Shown piece by piece: positions 21,601 to 32,735 of a stretch of 64,000 nucleotides of DNA; positions within the stretch are counted from its first letter, which is position 1; every line of letters starts with the position of its first letter. The translations under genes were made by a program, and so were the position numbers. The notes beneath the pieces were generated by a model. It was not told the DNA's origin. It searched no databases and saw only the letters and a program-made list of their open reading frames with translations. The DNA is from Rhodosorus marinus CCMP1338. Its lineage: Eukaryota > Plantae > Rhodophyta. Where the stretch lies: contig JAMWBK010000004.1 in assembly GCA_029953675.1 (NCBI GenBank), positions 434,001 to 498,000 of the forward strand. Direction: 5' to 3'.

Positions 21601-24600
21601 CAGCTTGAGCGTCGCCATGACTTTCGGAATGAAAAGATGCACTTCGCCTGCGCAGAGAGGGAACATGTGATTCATCGCACGAAGCGCTCTTGGTCTATCG
21701 GCCTTCACCTTGCTAGCGAACAATCGAACGTTCAAGCTGTCGACCACACGGAGAAAATTTCGGCTCAGCAGGTCCTTGAGGGACTCCTGACCGGCAATCG
21801 ACTGTTGGGAAGGAACGACAGAGTGGAACGGAGCTCACTCATGTTTAGATACATGGCCTCTTCAACCAAAACCACCTCAACGTCTTCCTTTCTGCGCACC
21901 TCGAGCGCACGCAGCGCACGGTCGTTCTGGCTCCCACCGAGCTCCCAGACCAAGGTTTTTGTGATCTCACTTTCATTTTCATCAATGAGTTCCGACAAGC
22001 TGGATTTCGTAAACGACTCCAGGAGTCGTCGTGCCTTTGTCCCGCGAGAAAGGAGACTTTTGGCGAGGCAGCTTGGTAGGTTCTGCCGGATAACTTCTTC
22101 AGCAGATTTTTCCAGTCGTTTAGCAAGTCCGTTAATGCTCTCATCATCAGCGGTCCGTACTAGGCTCGGGAGGACGTATCGTGGGACATCGGACCAGAAC
22201 TCGCTGATGTCCAAGTCCGCTAGGGTAGAGAATATATCCGCGATTTCGTCATCATCGGCGAGCATTCGGTGGACAAACAGTGGCAGCACCTGGGGAAAAG
22301 CTAGCCGCAGTGTCTCCGCTATGGCTGCGGCGCTCTTTTTCTTCGTTGAAGACTTCTTCGCAACATTTGCCAGTGCTTCGTATGCACTCATGCTTCGCCC
22401 TGCTGGGTCTTTTATATCCAAGACAACCTCGCTCAGTAGAAGATCAAACGCGATGGCATGCAGCTCCCGGGGCTCCGTCAACATGCACAGATAACGCAAA
22501 GCATCCACATAAGCTTCGAGCGGGGCCAATTCGGAAGCTGATCTGAGCCGCTCTACAAAGCTCCATAACAGCGATTCGCGCTCGCTCACAACCGTATCCG
22601 TGGACTCCTCCGTTCCGATCATCATGCCTAACATACACGGCATAGTCTCAGTGTACTACGCAACTGCGTTCAAACGGCAGTCTAACTCACCGTCCTGCTT
22701 TCCAGCAGAAAAACTAATTCTTCTGGACAAAGGTAGGATCGAGTCCGCTGATGCCGCCGCCGATTTCCGTATGGTGCTGTTGATGGACCATAGATTCTCC
22801 AAAGCAGCGTGCGCAAGTGAGCTTAGAGTAGAAACTGTCATTGGGTCCGCGTGGATAGTCAACTTCCCAGCACCGTGGAGATAAATAAGTCCCTTCGGCT
22901 GCACAAAGTTGTGAGCAGCTACCTCAACTCGTTGGTACAGCGCCTGCCAGATGTCAAATGGACATCCCCCTCTACAGTTTCCTCCACCGATCTGCATGGC
23001 GACATCAACCGCATTTTAGCCCTTAATCAAGCCGTGGTTTTTGCTGCGTGAATCGCGGTCAGCCTTACCAGCGCAGGACATAGTGATGACGCGCACAATA
23101 TATTCGCAAAACAGCTCAAGGTCGTTGGATCGAGATCGAAACTAGTATTATCATCCATTAGGGCACAGGCCGTAGCCATGTTCTTTCGGATCAGCTCTGG
23201 AACAATTTCTCGTTCTTGTTCATTGTCCGAAGCCGCTACTGTCTTCAGGATATGAACGCCGCACGCGAGGAGGTCCAAGTTTCTGCTCTCGCCTGCGTGT
23301 CCCAGTGCGCTCTCTGCCAGGTGGATTAACCTCTCTGCGTCGTCAGGCGATTTCGGAGGCACCAGTCTGCGGACGACAGTGGAAACTTTTCGAGCCTGAA
23401 AATCATTGCCGGAGTTGAACACCGCAATCAGCGCCTCCACAATGACGTGAACCGCAGTGTTCTCTCCTGAGAACTGACAAAGCACGTCGCAAAGCGATAA
23501 TAGCATTAAACATGTGTCCTTCACCACTTTCGGGTCACCATTCGTTCCGAGTGATCCGCTCAGCCTCAACAGAACCTGGACCAGGGAATGGGGTTCTTTC
23601 ATGTCAGCTTGCCAGGCTTTTCGAGTTCAGCTAGGCCCAGCCCAGAGGTTTACACCATCGATTCAGAAATACGTTTTCTTTGCTTACCACAGCTGTAGAT
23701 TCCCGATAAAGGTCACCAACAGGGAACGGAAGGGGTGAATCGAGCTTGGTTAGGCAGGATCCTAGGGACAACAAGGAGTTTGCTCTCTCCTGAAGATTCA
23801 GAGTAACTGAAGAGGGCGGTCTGCAGATGTCCTCGACGCTCTGAGCGCATACCTGCAGCTCTAGAAGCAAAACAAAAAGTTGCAAAACAAAGTTGACGAA
23901 CCTTAACGACAAGAAGGAATAGATCACCAACTTGGGTTTGTCTATTCGGGGTCGCACCTCGATGCAGAGCGACGGCGAGGTAGCTCTCAACTGCGACTTT
24001 AGGCTTTAGGACTCCATGCGATTCGTTCAACGCGGTCGACAGAGGCGAAAGAAAGTTGATGTCCTTGACGTTTCCCATGATGGGGAGGTAGTGTAGTCGA
24101 ACAGTCTCGAGACAGAAGTTCAACGCTCTCATCTTCTCCGTTGAATCTCGCGCGTGGACGCATATCGCGATCATACATGAGCTAATACCCCGCCGAAGCT
24201 CTGATACCTAGGATCGCAAGGAATATGAGGTATTTCAGGCAGTACTCGGGGAATGGACGACCTCAGATCGTCACACCTTACCTCGGCGATCTGTTCTGTT
24301 CCTATGAACAGTCCCCCGCTCCCTGTGCTGGAACTGAAGACCGTTGCGAGCGCTGCGAGGCCATCGCTGAAGTCATGAACGCACAGATCCTCCATGACGG
24401 AGATCAACGTACACGCACATGATAGGGCCCTTTTGTTGTTCGATTTCGTGAACTGGGACTTGAGTTTCGCCACAATTTCGCCAAGGTACACACCGATACC
24501 TCCCGGCTGGAGAGTCACTTCAACTCGGACCAGGGCTTTCAAGAGTAGAGCCCGCCCGAGTAGCTTCTCCGAACTTTTAGAGCTGCTGATCGATCTCAGA

Positions 24601-26560
24601 CAGCACTTGAGCAGATCACGTCTGATATCTGACCGGCACATGAACCAAGTCCTGGCCGTGTTTAGGAACTGAGAAATCAAGTATTCCACCTTCCACAACT
24701 TGTCATCGGCGTCGTCTCGCTCTGATGACAGAAGACTTGCCGCCATGGTGACGATTCTCTCAACATTATAAGCCTCAGCTTGAACATAGGAAAGAGCAGA
24801 CGCAATCGCGACCAGGGTGTCTATACATGACCTGACCGCCCTCTCTTCCGTCAGAGTATTGATCGCCGAGTCGTAAAGCTCAGGAAGCACCGGTCCAGTC
24901 GACTTCAGTTGAGACGGAAAATCTCGAGCAGCCTGCTGGACCCCTGCCAGCCCTTGGAGCGCTTCCTCGACATGCTCTCCTTTTCGCAACAACGCCAGGA
25001 CCTTGCGCAAAGCCGTTATCACCAGCTTCCCGTCCTCCATCCGGGGTCCAAAAGAACCCAAAGAATCGCGCTCAGAAGAGGCTTGTCATTCTTCACGGAT
25101 CTGACATTTCCTCAGTCCCGAAGGTTTGGCAAGAGTACTAGTAGCCTCTCTTCCTCTGGATAAACTGCCAGTCTGTTCATGCTTTCCTCTCTATAGCTTC
25201 CATCCGTCTCTAGGAGAGCTTCGATCTGGTAGCCCAGGACCCTTTATCTGATATAAGGAACTATGAGACCTGAGGCGACCTTCATCTCAGGAGGAGCGCA
25301 GGTGGTGAAACCTGTACTGAATAGGAACAGACCGTAAGTTGGGCTCTCCTAGCCCTGACTTCGATTCTCATAGCTGGGATTGTGTAGGACTCTTGATCAA
25401 CTCGTAAGAAGTGAACCCATGTTTCGGGGTAGAGCCTGAATGTTTCGGGATCGAGCTGTTTGCAGTGAAGCTGTTTAGGGATCTGGCTTGTTTTTGGATT
25501 GCTCTGCTGCATTGATGCGTTCTGGTTTGCAAAGCGGTAGCTCTTGGAGCGGCGGTGTGGTTGCAGATCGTTAGAACTTGAATGTACTCCATCCAGATCG
25601 GAATTTGTCCAGCGCTGGTTGCGCAAAACGACAGGATGGATCTGGATGGTTGGTTCACTGATATCGCTGGCTGACGGAGAGCGAACCCGCTCTCCCCTCT
25701 TGCCAAAGACAAAAGATATAGACCAGCTAATTGTCCGCAGACAGCTAACAGCTGATGCGCTATCGAGCCAAAGAGTAACATAAGATAAAAGCAAGCAAAC
25801 TAAATTAAAGGCCATCTAGGCATTTCGTCTGTTCCAGGAAACATCAACAACCAACCACCAAGTTAAGCAACAAACGCGCTCCAGAACACCTCCTTCTAGC
25901 AGTATGGGCTAACTCGTAGGCCCAAAGTTAACTATGACCGGCCTCTCAAGCCACAAGACCATTCCTTTTCAGGACAGAAAACGAAGAGTGACAAAAATCA
26001 TCGTAAACCATCTTCACATCCTGAACCGCTTCTCAGTCAACTCCACCCGTCGCACCCACTCTGAATCTGATCAGATCGATATCAAGCTGGACGATTTCAG
26101 TTCGCATCGCTCGCGTGAATAACGCGGGGCTCATGATGGACCCAGTCTCCTATCTACTAGTTGTCCTCGATATTGGAACGCTCTCCCCTTTGCCTTGTAG
26201 CATCACACTGCGATGTGGGATGTGGTGCTAATGATCGGGCTTGCCCAAACCTCTCTCACATTCTGCTTTCCAGAAATACACATATTGCTGAAGAGTGAAA
26301 GCTTCCACATTCGAATTAACTCATGCAGACAAGACGAAGGCGAGGCGAGCCGAGGAGGAAGGGAAAAGCCCTCTCTCATGTTCGAAAACGTATTCACAGC
26401 CTTCTGGAAGCAGTATACTTCTGAATAGATCATCCCAACCATTACCAGGTAGTGATGATGATGGCCTGGTAGTACGAAGATGATACATTCTATAGACCAG
26501 GTTTTCGTATCGATTTCCAACTCAAACTCTGCAGAGTGGCCTTCTAAGTAAAGTTTGCAT
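15636..26560 (-). CDS. ATR: ATR (Mec1/Rad3) PIKK checkpoint kinase, multi-exon; 5' boundary uncertain (25.8-26.6 kb)
   Basis: UME-like segment (~21.5-21.75 kb), FAT repeats, KPKKVSFRGSDG..CK..DMRKDARL, LRTYEVLPLNEECGLVEWV, YIVGLGDRHGEN..VHVDF...VPFRLT..HDPLVEW, and FATC LSIEGQVQRLIHEATSSENLSKMYAGWMAWV* (stop at 15636-15638). Confidence 0.95.
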
Positions 26561-26760
26561 CCCTGTCTTCTCTCTCCTCTCTCTCTCTTCCCTACCAAGA
26601 AACAAAATATTTCGAATTATTTTAGAAGAACCTTCTAGAACAAGCCACTTATCGTTCCAATCATGAAGCCTTACACGAAAAGTAAACCAATAAAATACCA
26701 TTTTCTAATAACAATTCTTTTAAATATTTAAATACAATATATATTGACTAATTAAGAACG

Positions 26761-27225
26761 ACACGCGTTATATATTCCTTTTCTCAACAAATCGCAAGCT
26801 CGCAATCAAGATTCGGCGTTTCCTTATTTTTTTTTAGCATGCTTTATCTAATCATTTGATAGCACGTGTTATTCGAGAGTCTTTTTATTGGAATAATATC
26901 TATTGATTACAAATAATATTTCAAGATATATTTCTTACTACCCAATTAAACGAACTGTAGTTGAGTCGTTGTCAGAGAAACCGCAATTAGTTGGATAAAT
27001 ATTCAGCACGCACTACGTTATCTAATTAATATATAACACGCGTCGTTTGGGGGAAAGTTTAAGCAATCATAAAACGTTATCATACAATCTTGCCAGAATC
27101 TGAATTGATCAATATATTATAATAAATACAATTGAGTGAGTTTCTAACGCGTGTCTTTTATTTTTTTATTGGATTAAATAATAATTAATAAATATAATTA
27201 ATTACCAATATTATTCAACACGCGT
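26761..27225. promoter_or_regulatory. AT-rich divergent ATR/USP intergenic region with four ACACGCGT motifs
   Basis: ACGCGT cores at 26763, 27038, 27147 and 27220, all extending to ACACGCGT (three on +, one on -). Confidence 0.6.
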
Positions 27226-27547
27226 CCACAACTCTTTTTTTTGCTGAGTGGGTTTGGGGGATGATGCAATGGATACATAGAAGACATTTGGGGGAGGGAG
27301 AGAGACACAATGCAACTTTTAGGGGGTGGGGGGACGGGAGGAGGGGTGTGCTGTTAGAGTGAGAGGAGGGGGTTTGGACAGATGTAGTTTCTTTGATTTC
27401 GAAGAACGGCACATGGGAAGTATTTGAGATATTTATCTTGAGAGAGGAGGTTTGGTGAAAGTATTTAGGTTTGCGTTGTTCTTTTTGGTGGGTGGAGGGG
27501 AGTTGGGGAGGGGGGGAGAGGGAGTTGGGAATTTTTGTAATGTGAGG

Positions 27548-28618
27548 ATGGGATTGCCCGGATGGCTGGGAGGAATGGGTGAAGAGGACAAGGAGCTGAG
27601 GGTTGCAAAGGTAGTTTCGTGTTTTGAGGGCGGGGTTGAGTATGAGGAGGCGCGGAAGATTTTGTCGAAGTATGGCTGGGAGGTGGACCGAGCCAAGGAT
27701 GAGCTGACGGTTATTCGAGGGGCGCAGGATGGGCTCTTGATCCCGCTGTCTATGAGGGCTCCTGAGCTGCTTGGAGCTGAGAACAGTGGTAATTCTTGTT
27801 ACCTTGACTCGCTGCTGATGGCTATATTTGCGAATTCAGACAAGTATGATTATCTAATAACGGTTTTCAATGAACATTCGAAGCGGTTGGCGTCGCTCCT
27901 TCGCCTGTTTGTGAACAAGATTCGGATGGGGTTGAAGGTGGAGAAGGAGACAGTGAAGGAATTTCTCTCGGAACTGGTTGAGCTGGGATGGCGAGGAAGC
28001 AGTACTCAGGAGGATGCGTCAGAACTTTTCATCTTCCTCATGGAATTGCTGAAGGCCCCCGCTCTTGAAACATGCGAACAGCTCCATCATGGAGCGTTGC
28101 CAGATGAGGACGTGGATGATAAGAAAGTTGTAGACCGAATGATTATGTTGGGAATCACCGAAGGGGATGAGCGCTTGGACCTCTTGCAGCTCATTCGGAG
28201 AGAGCTTCACGAGACAGTCATCGAGGACCTCAGCAGGGAGGTATTTGCCTCTAGTACAGGTGGAGATAAGCGGTCTGTGCTCGTTAACGCATGGAAAACG
28301 GTTACGGTAGCAGACTCTCCTCTCAACATGCTGCCAATTCTTCTGAAACGCTCGGGCGGTTCCAAACGACCTGTTTCGATTCCCCTGGAGATCGACTCCT
28401 CGCAGCTCGTGGGTTCAAATTCGCAGATGAGGAGGAGCTGGCGACTCCGTTCCGCAGTTTGTCACTTGGGCTCCTCTTCATCATGTGGTCATTACATCAC
28501 TTTCCTGTTCAACGAGGACGGGACCTGTTCCAGATGGGACGACCTAAGAGGCTTTTCCGAATCCAGAGCCGACGCAAAGGAGTTGGAGACAAGCTCATAT
28601 CTTCTGTTCTATGAATGA
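27548..28618 (+). CDS. UBA-like domain plus USP-family deubiquitinase (CYLD-like Cys box)
   Basis: VEYEEARKILSKYGWEVDRAKDEL (UBA-like), GAENSGNSCYLDSLL (Cys box), QEDASE, CHLG....GHY and WDD (His box). The first in-frame ATG is at 27548. Confidence 0.88.
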   Translation: MGLPGWLGGMGEEDKELRVAKVVSCFEGGVEYEEARKILSKYGWEVDRAKDELTVIRGAQDGLLIPLSMRAPELLGAENSGNSCYLDSLLMAIFANSDKYDYLITVFNEHSKRLASLLRLFVNKIRMGLKVEKETVKEFLSELVELGWRGSSTQEDASELFIFLMELLKAPALETCEQLHHGALPDEDVDDKKVVDRMIMLGITEGDERLDLLQLIRRELHETVIEDLSREVFASSTGGDKRSVLVNAWKTVTVADSPLNMLPILLKRSGGSKRPVSIPLEIDSSQLVGSNSQMRRSWRLRSAVCHLGSSSSCGHYITFLFNEDGTCSRWDDLRGFSESRADAKELETSSYLLFYE

Positions 28619-29403
28619 AAGAATCACAATGTTCGCTCGACTACAACTCCAGTCGCGGTCGATGTGTGGTACCAATTGTACTTGTAATAGCCGATATTGG
28701 AGAGCCCGGGTGTTGCTCGCCGTCGGCATCCTTTTCTGCAGCTTCCCCTGTGAATAAAATTCTTCTTTCAAAAGTCGCGCGAATCCGTCACTTGTTTCTC
28801 TCCGAGTTGAGGCGTTGACCGCCCAAGCATAGCCAGGACAAAGTTTTCCTGTCAGTGAAGTGGAAAACGAGGGCTGGCGCGTTTACGGTAATTCCACAAA
28901 TTCGTGAGCAGAAGTCTCTATCTTCCCGTAGAATTCGAGCAAGCTTCGTATATAACCCTTGTGCCCATCACCAATCCATGGTGGAACGTCGCTGCCGACT
29001 ATTTCGTTAAGCAGATCTGCCGCTCGTCGACGAGAACAAAACAAAAGCCGTCTTTCGATCGCCTTCAAAAAATTTCAGCCTTCCACATGCTATCTCACAA
29101 GTCCCATAACTCATCTCTCCCGCGTTCCCGCCCCTGCCTCATCTGGCTTCATTCCGGCCAGAAAACATCTCCAAAAACACGACCACCACATCTTGGGTTA
29201 TCACAGCTCTGTCGGCGATGGGACATTGTCCAACCCGGTCCAAACGATTATCGACCAACAAGACAAACCTTTACTGGAAGTAAAAGCAGCCAATACTCAT
29301 CTGATACATCGTACCCTCAATGAGATTTGGCAAAGTCGATCGATCCTCAACTTTTAAAGCCCGCATTTTTCTGTTTGCGTTGCTAAGCAACGTCGATCGA
29401 TAA

Positions 29404-29541
29404 GAGTAAATTAGTGGCTAGGGTTTTGACAAGAGGGCGTTGGGGGAGAGATGGAGGGGGCGGGCAGGTGACGAGCGAAGAGGGGAGCTTGTGGAGTAAA
29501 TTAGTGGCTAGGGTTTTGACAAGAGGGCGTTGGGGGAGAGA
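29404..29541. repeat. Two-copy direct repeat (48 identical bp, period 90) upstream of TerC
   Basis: GAGTAAATTAGTGGCTAGGGTTTTGACAAGAGGGCGTTGGGGGAGAGA at 29404 and 29494. Confidence 0.9.
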
Positions 29542-29673
29542 CGGGAGGGGGTGGGGGGGGGTGGGGGGTTGGGGAGGGTGAGCTGTGGAGTTTCTTGTTT
29601 GAGTTATTGCTTCTGAGGTTCTTTTAGGTTTCAGAGGATAGGAATTCTGTTGATGGATAGGTTGGAGGCTAGG

Positions 29674-30994
29674 ATGGGATTTGTTGGGACCAGTGGTTTA
29701 CGGATTGGTCGGAGGGATGTCGCCGTGGTGTGCCCTCGGCGGGTTGGTGGGTTGGATGGTACGGTACACCGTAGGAGGGCTAACGTGGTCCCGAGGATGA
29801 CGAAGAAGAATGATCCGGTGAGAAAATCTGTGGAGGAGGTGGAGGATATCGGGCCTTACGTGCGGCAGCTGTTGGGCTGGGTGGGCGTAGCCATTGCTAC
29901 GGGGGTTGGAGTCTACTACGTAGATGGAGGAGCGAGGGCACAGGAATTCGCGGCGGGTTACATCATTGAACAGAGCCTATCTGTTGACAACCTCTTCGTC
30001 TTCCTCCTCATCTTCAACTACTTCAAAGTCCCCATCCACGCCCAGGAGAAGGTCCTCAACTGGGGCATCTTCGGCGCCGTCGTCATGCGCGGGATCATGA
30101 TCATCGCCGGAGAAGAGCTCATCAAGAAATTCGAGATCACCTCACTCTTCCTCGGCGCTCTCCTCTTCTACTCCTCAGTCAACATCCTCCTCTCCGCTGA
30201 CAGTGACGAAGAAGAAGACCTCTCAGACAACTTCATCGTCAAGACATCGAAAAAACTCTTCAAAACAGTCGACTTTTACGATGGCGAAAACTTCTTCACA
30301 AAGGTAATAAAAAAAAGTCGACAACAAATATATATTTATATACCAAAACCCTACTTCACATCATATCGTTTTTCATTTATAAAAACACCATTTCGACAGC
30401 CTGTTAAATTAAATTAAAAGACAGACTGTCCCTAGATGAGGACAAGCTGTCTTTTTATTTAATTTAACGGGCTGTCTAAATGGTGTTTTTATAAATGAAA
30501 AACATGGTTTGGGATTTCTTCTAAATTTTGAGTCACGTCATGTAAACTGATCACCATTTATCGTTTTTCGGTTGGGGTAGGTTATGGATGGGGACATAAT
30601 GAGGAGGGTGGCAACGCCTTTGTTGATCTGTATGATAACTGTAGAGGTATCTGATGTGATCTTTGCATTAGATTCTGTACCTGCTGTATTGGGAATATCC
30701 CGAGATTGGAAAGTTGTGTACTTGTCGAATATTTTAGCGATTTGTGGGCTTAGGAGTTTGTATTTTATATTGGAGTCTGTGATCGGGAGCCTGCGGTACC
30801 TTCCGCAGAGTTTGGCGATCGTCCTGTCCTTCGTTGGGGCGAAGCTTTGTGGATCGTACTTTGGGTTGACTGTGGATACGTCGCTCTCGCTTGGGATCGT
30901 GGTTTCGACCCTGGGGGTTGGGGTAGCCGCTAGTCTTTTGAATCCGGAGGATGAAGATCTTCCTCCCGCGGGTGCTGAGAAAAAGAGCGCCTGA
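29674..30994 (+). CDS. TERC: Plastid-targeted TerC-family membrane protein (exons ~29674-30303, 30581-30994)
   Basis: MGFV-type transit peptide; EFAAGYIIEQSLSVDNLFVF, VLNWGIFGAVVMRG; the GT-AG intron 30304-30580 joins in frame to ATPLL..VEVSDVIFALDSVPAV..LRSLYF. Confidence 0.93.
30368..30503. repeat. Intronic foldback (about 64-bp arms, 8-nt loop), MITE-like
   Basis: GTTTTTCATTTATAAAAACACCATTT.GACAGCC.GTTAAATTAAAT.AAAAGACAG..TGTCC is mirrored after the loop CTAGATGA with about 5 mismatches. Confidence 0.9.
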
Positions 30995-31089
30995 AAAAAC
31001 TGCCTACTGTAAACTTCTTACTGTAAAAAACGTTTTTTAGTACAAAATCACCTCGGGTTGTTCGTTTCCTCTCGCATTCTCAGAGTTGG

Positions 31090-31494
31090 TTAGGGAGCTA
31101 GCCTCCTCTTCACTCGGCCGCCTTCATCAAGTAGCCGCAAAGAGCCGGGGTTGTCCTTCCCTGCAGGAGCGGTATGATGATTATTTCCCAACAATTGCCC
31201 TTCCTGCCCTTCCTGCCCTTCCTGAGATGAGACAGGCATATCTGCTGCGTCGACATCAACATCAAACTCTGGTTCCAAGAAGGCGGAAGGGCTCGTCTTC
31301 GGCTTCGTTTCTTCAAGGAGCTCCTGGGCGATCCGCTTTCTTCTCTTGCCTAACCGATAGTCCGCGTAGACACCCACTTTGTACGCGACAACAGTAATTA
31401 ATACAACGGTAAGGAAGCGATCCAGTCGATAGATCGCTTTTTGCGAGAGCCAGGACTTCTTCCCTCTGTTCCCTCCACTGTCTGAACCCTCCAT
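31090..31494 (-). CDS. Hypothetical single-TM protein
   Basis: 134-aa ATG-initiated ORF with one hydrophobic segment (FLTVVLITVVAYKVGVYA) followed by basic and acidic tracts; convergent with TerC. Confidence 0.55.
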   Translation of the reverse strand: MEGSDSGGNRGKKSWLSQKAIYRLDRFLTVVLITVVAYKVGVYADYRLGKRRKRIAQELLEETKPKTSPSAFLEPEFDVDVDAADMPVSSQEGQEGQEGQLLGNNHHTAPAGKDNPGSLRLLDEGGRVKRRLAP

Positions 31495-32735
31495 ATCAGG
31501 TCCCTCAAATACCGATATCCAGCATCACCCGCAGCAACTAAAATTACGATCTTGTCTCCGACGAAACCTTCCCCTTCCTACGCGAAAACTCACAGCTTTT
31601 CTTCCCAAGCGCTTCGATCCACCAGCGTGTAGCCTCAGAAGCTCAGTCCACCCCTGGGGCATAACTATGGTCAAGGCTCCTCCTCCAAACCCCCCCCGGG
31701 CGCAGAGGATAAACCGTCGAGGGCGAATGCCTTGCGGACATATCAACCATCTTGAAGAATCGCTACGCCTTTTTCTAACGCTCGTACAGACTCACCTGCC
31801 GCGATGGAGCAATCCAATAGTCCACGTGCCGTCTACTGATTAGCGAGGGGGATGTGAACAGACACAAGCGTTGAGGGCGGATTGCCTTGCACTTCCTGCC
31901 CGAACAATTTCGAGGCCTGCATTTCTCACTCAATGTTTCGGTGTGCCCCAGGCGTTTAGTCACAAGACAGGAGGGCGAAAGCCCTTCCACGTTAAGGGAA
32001 TTGAACTACTTTCTCAGATAGCAGAGGAGCTTGGCGATGTTCTCTTAAAACTATTTGTTGCTTGGTGCGACCTTCAAAACTCGAGTCAGCATTCTCGTAC
32101 ATTGACAATCTTAATGTTGGATAGGAGAACGCGGAATAGCTTTCACCTGCAACCTTGAAAACGATTCTCCGGTCGCATTAGGTGGATCCAGACGAGGAAC
32201 AGAGCAGAGCTTTCTGTGTCCTTGAACGGATCCAGGTAGTGGTGGGAGATGAGAGAATAGTACGCATATTTTAGGGCTTCCCTGTCCACAATCATGGAGG
32301 ATTAGCACGGCTTCTGCTCGTGGTCAGGCGACCACGTTCATTTGGAGAATTGCTTGGTTCTCCTGAAGGCGAAGGTTGAGGACTTGATCAGAAGGGCCTC
32401 TTGACCACCAGCCAATGTCATTCTTCGTGGGTGACGGACATCCTTTGGAACTGCCGGGGCATGGTTACAACATACGTTCTTCCTGTTCATTTACTTTAAG
32501 AGCCAGGCCTCAGGTATCCAGTCCCAACCGCATTTGATCACAGGTGCCAAGCTATGAAGTACAAACACCGTTAGCCAGCTCCGTGCTGATGACGATGTCG
32601 GAACTTCTCACCAATGTCTACCTTACAAGCCCGTCAAGATCTGCGCTGAAAGCAACCCCTTGACTGTGGTCCACACTCTACCAAAGCCCCGCAACGACCC
32701 GACGGTACCAAAACAACCTTCCTCCGCGCAGCTCC

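Noticed and set aside
21556-22494. 312-aa + ORF
   Set aside because: Ser-rich antisense shadow of an ATR exon.
24198-24208. GCTCTGATACC, resembling a tRNA-iMet PBS
   Set aside because: Lies in ATR coding sequence, lacks the terminal A and has no adjacent LTR.
28883-29357. Several ORFs between USP and TerC
   Set aside because: No motif, consistent frame or splice structure to support a call.
31525-32700. Possible gene between the TM ORF and DDX46
   Set aside because: Only short ORFs in conflicting frames; cannot be supported without RNA data.
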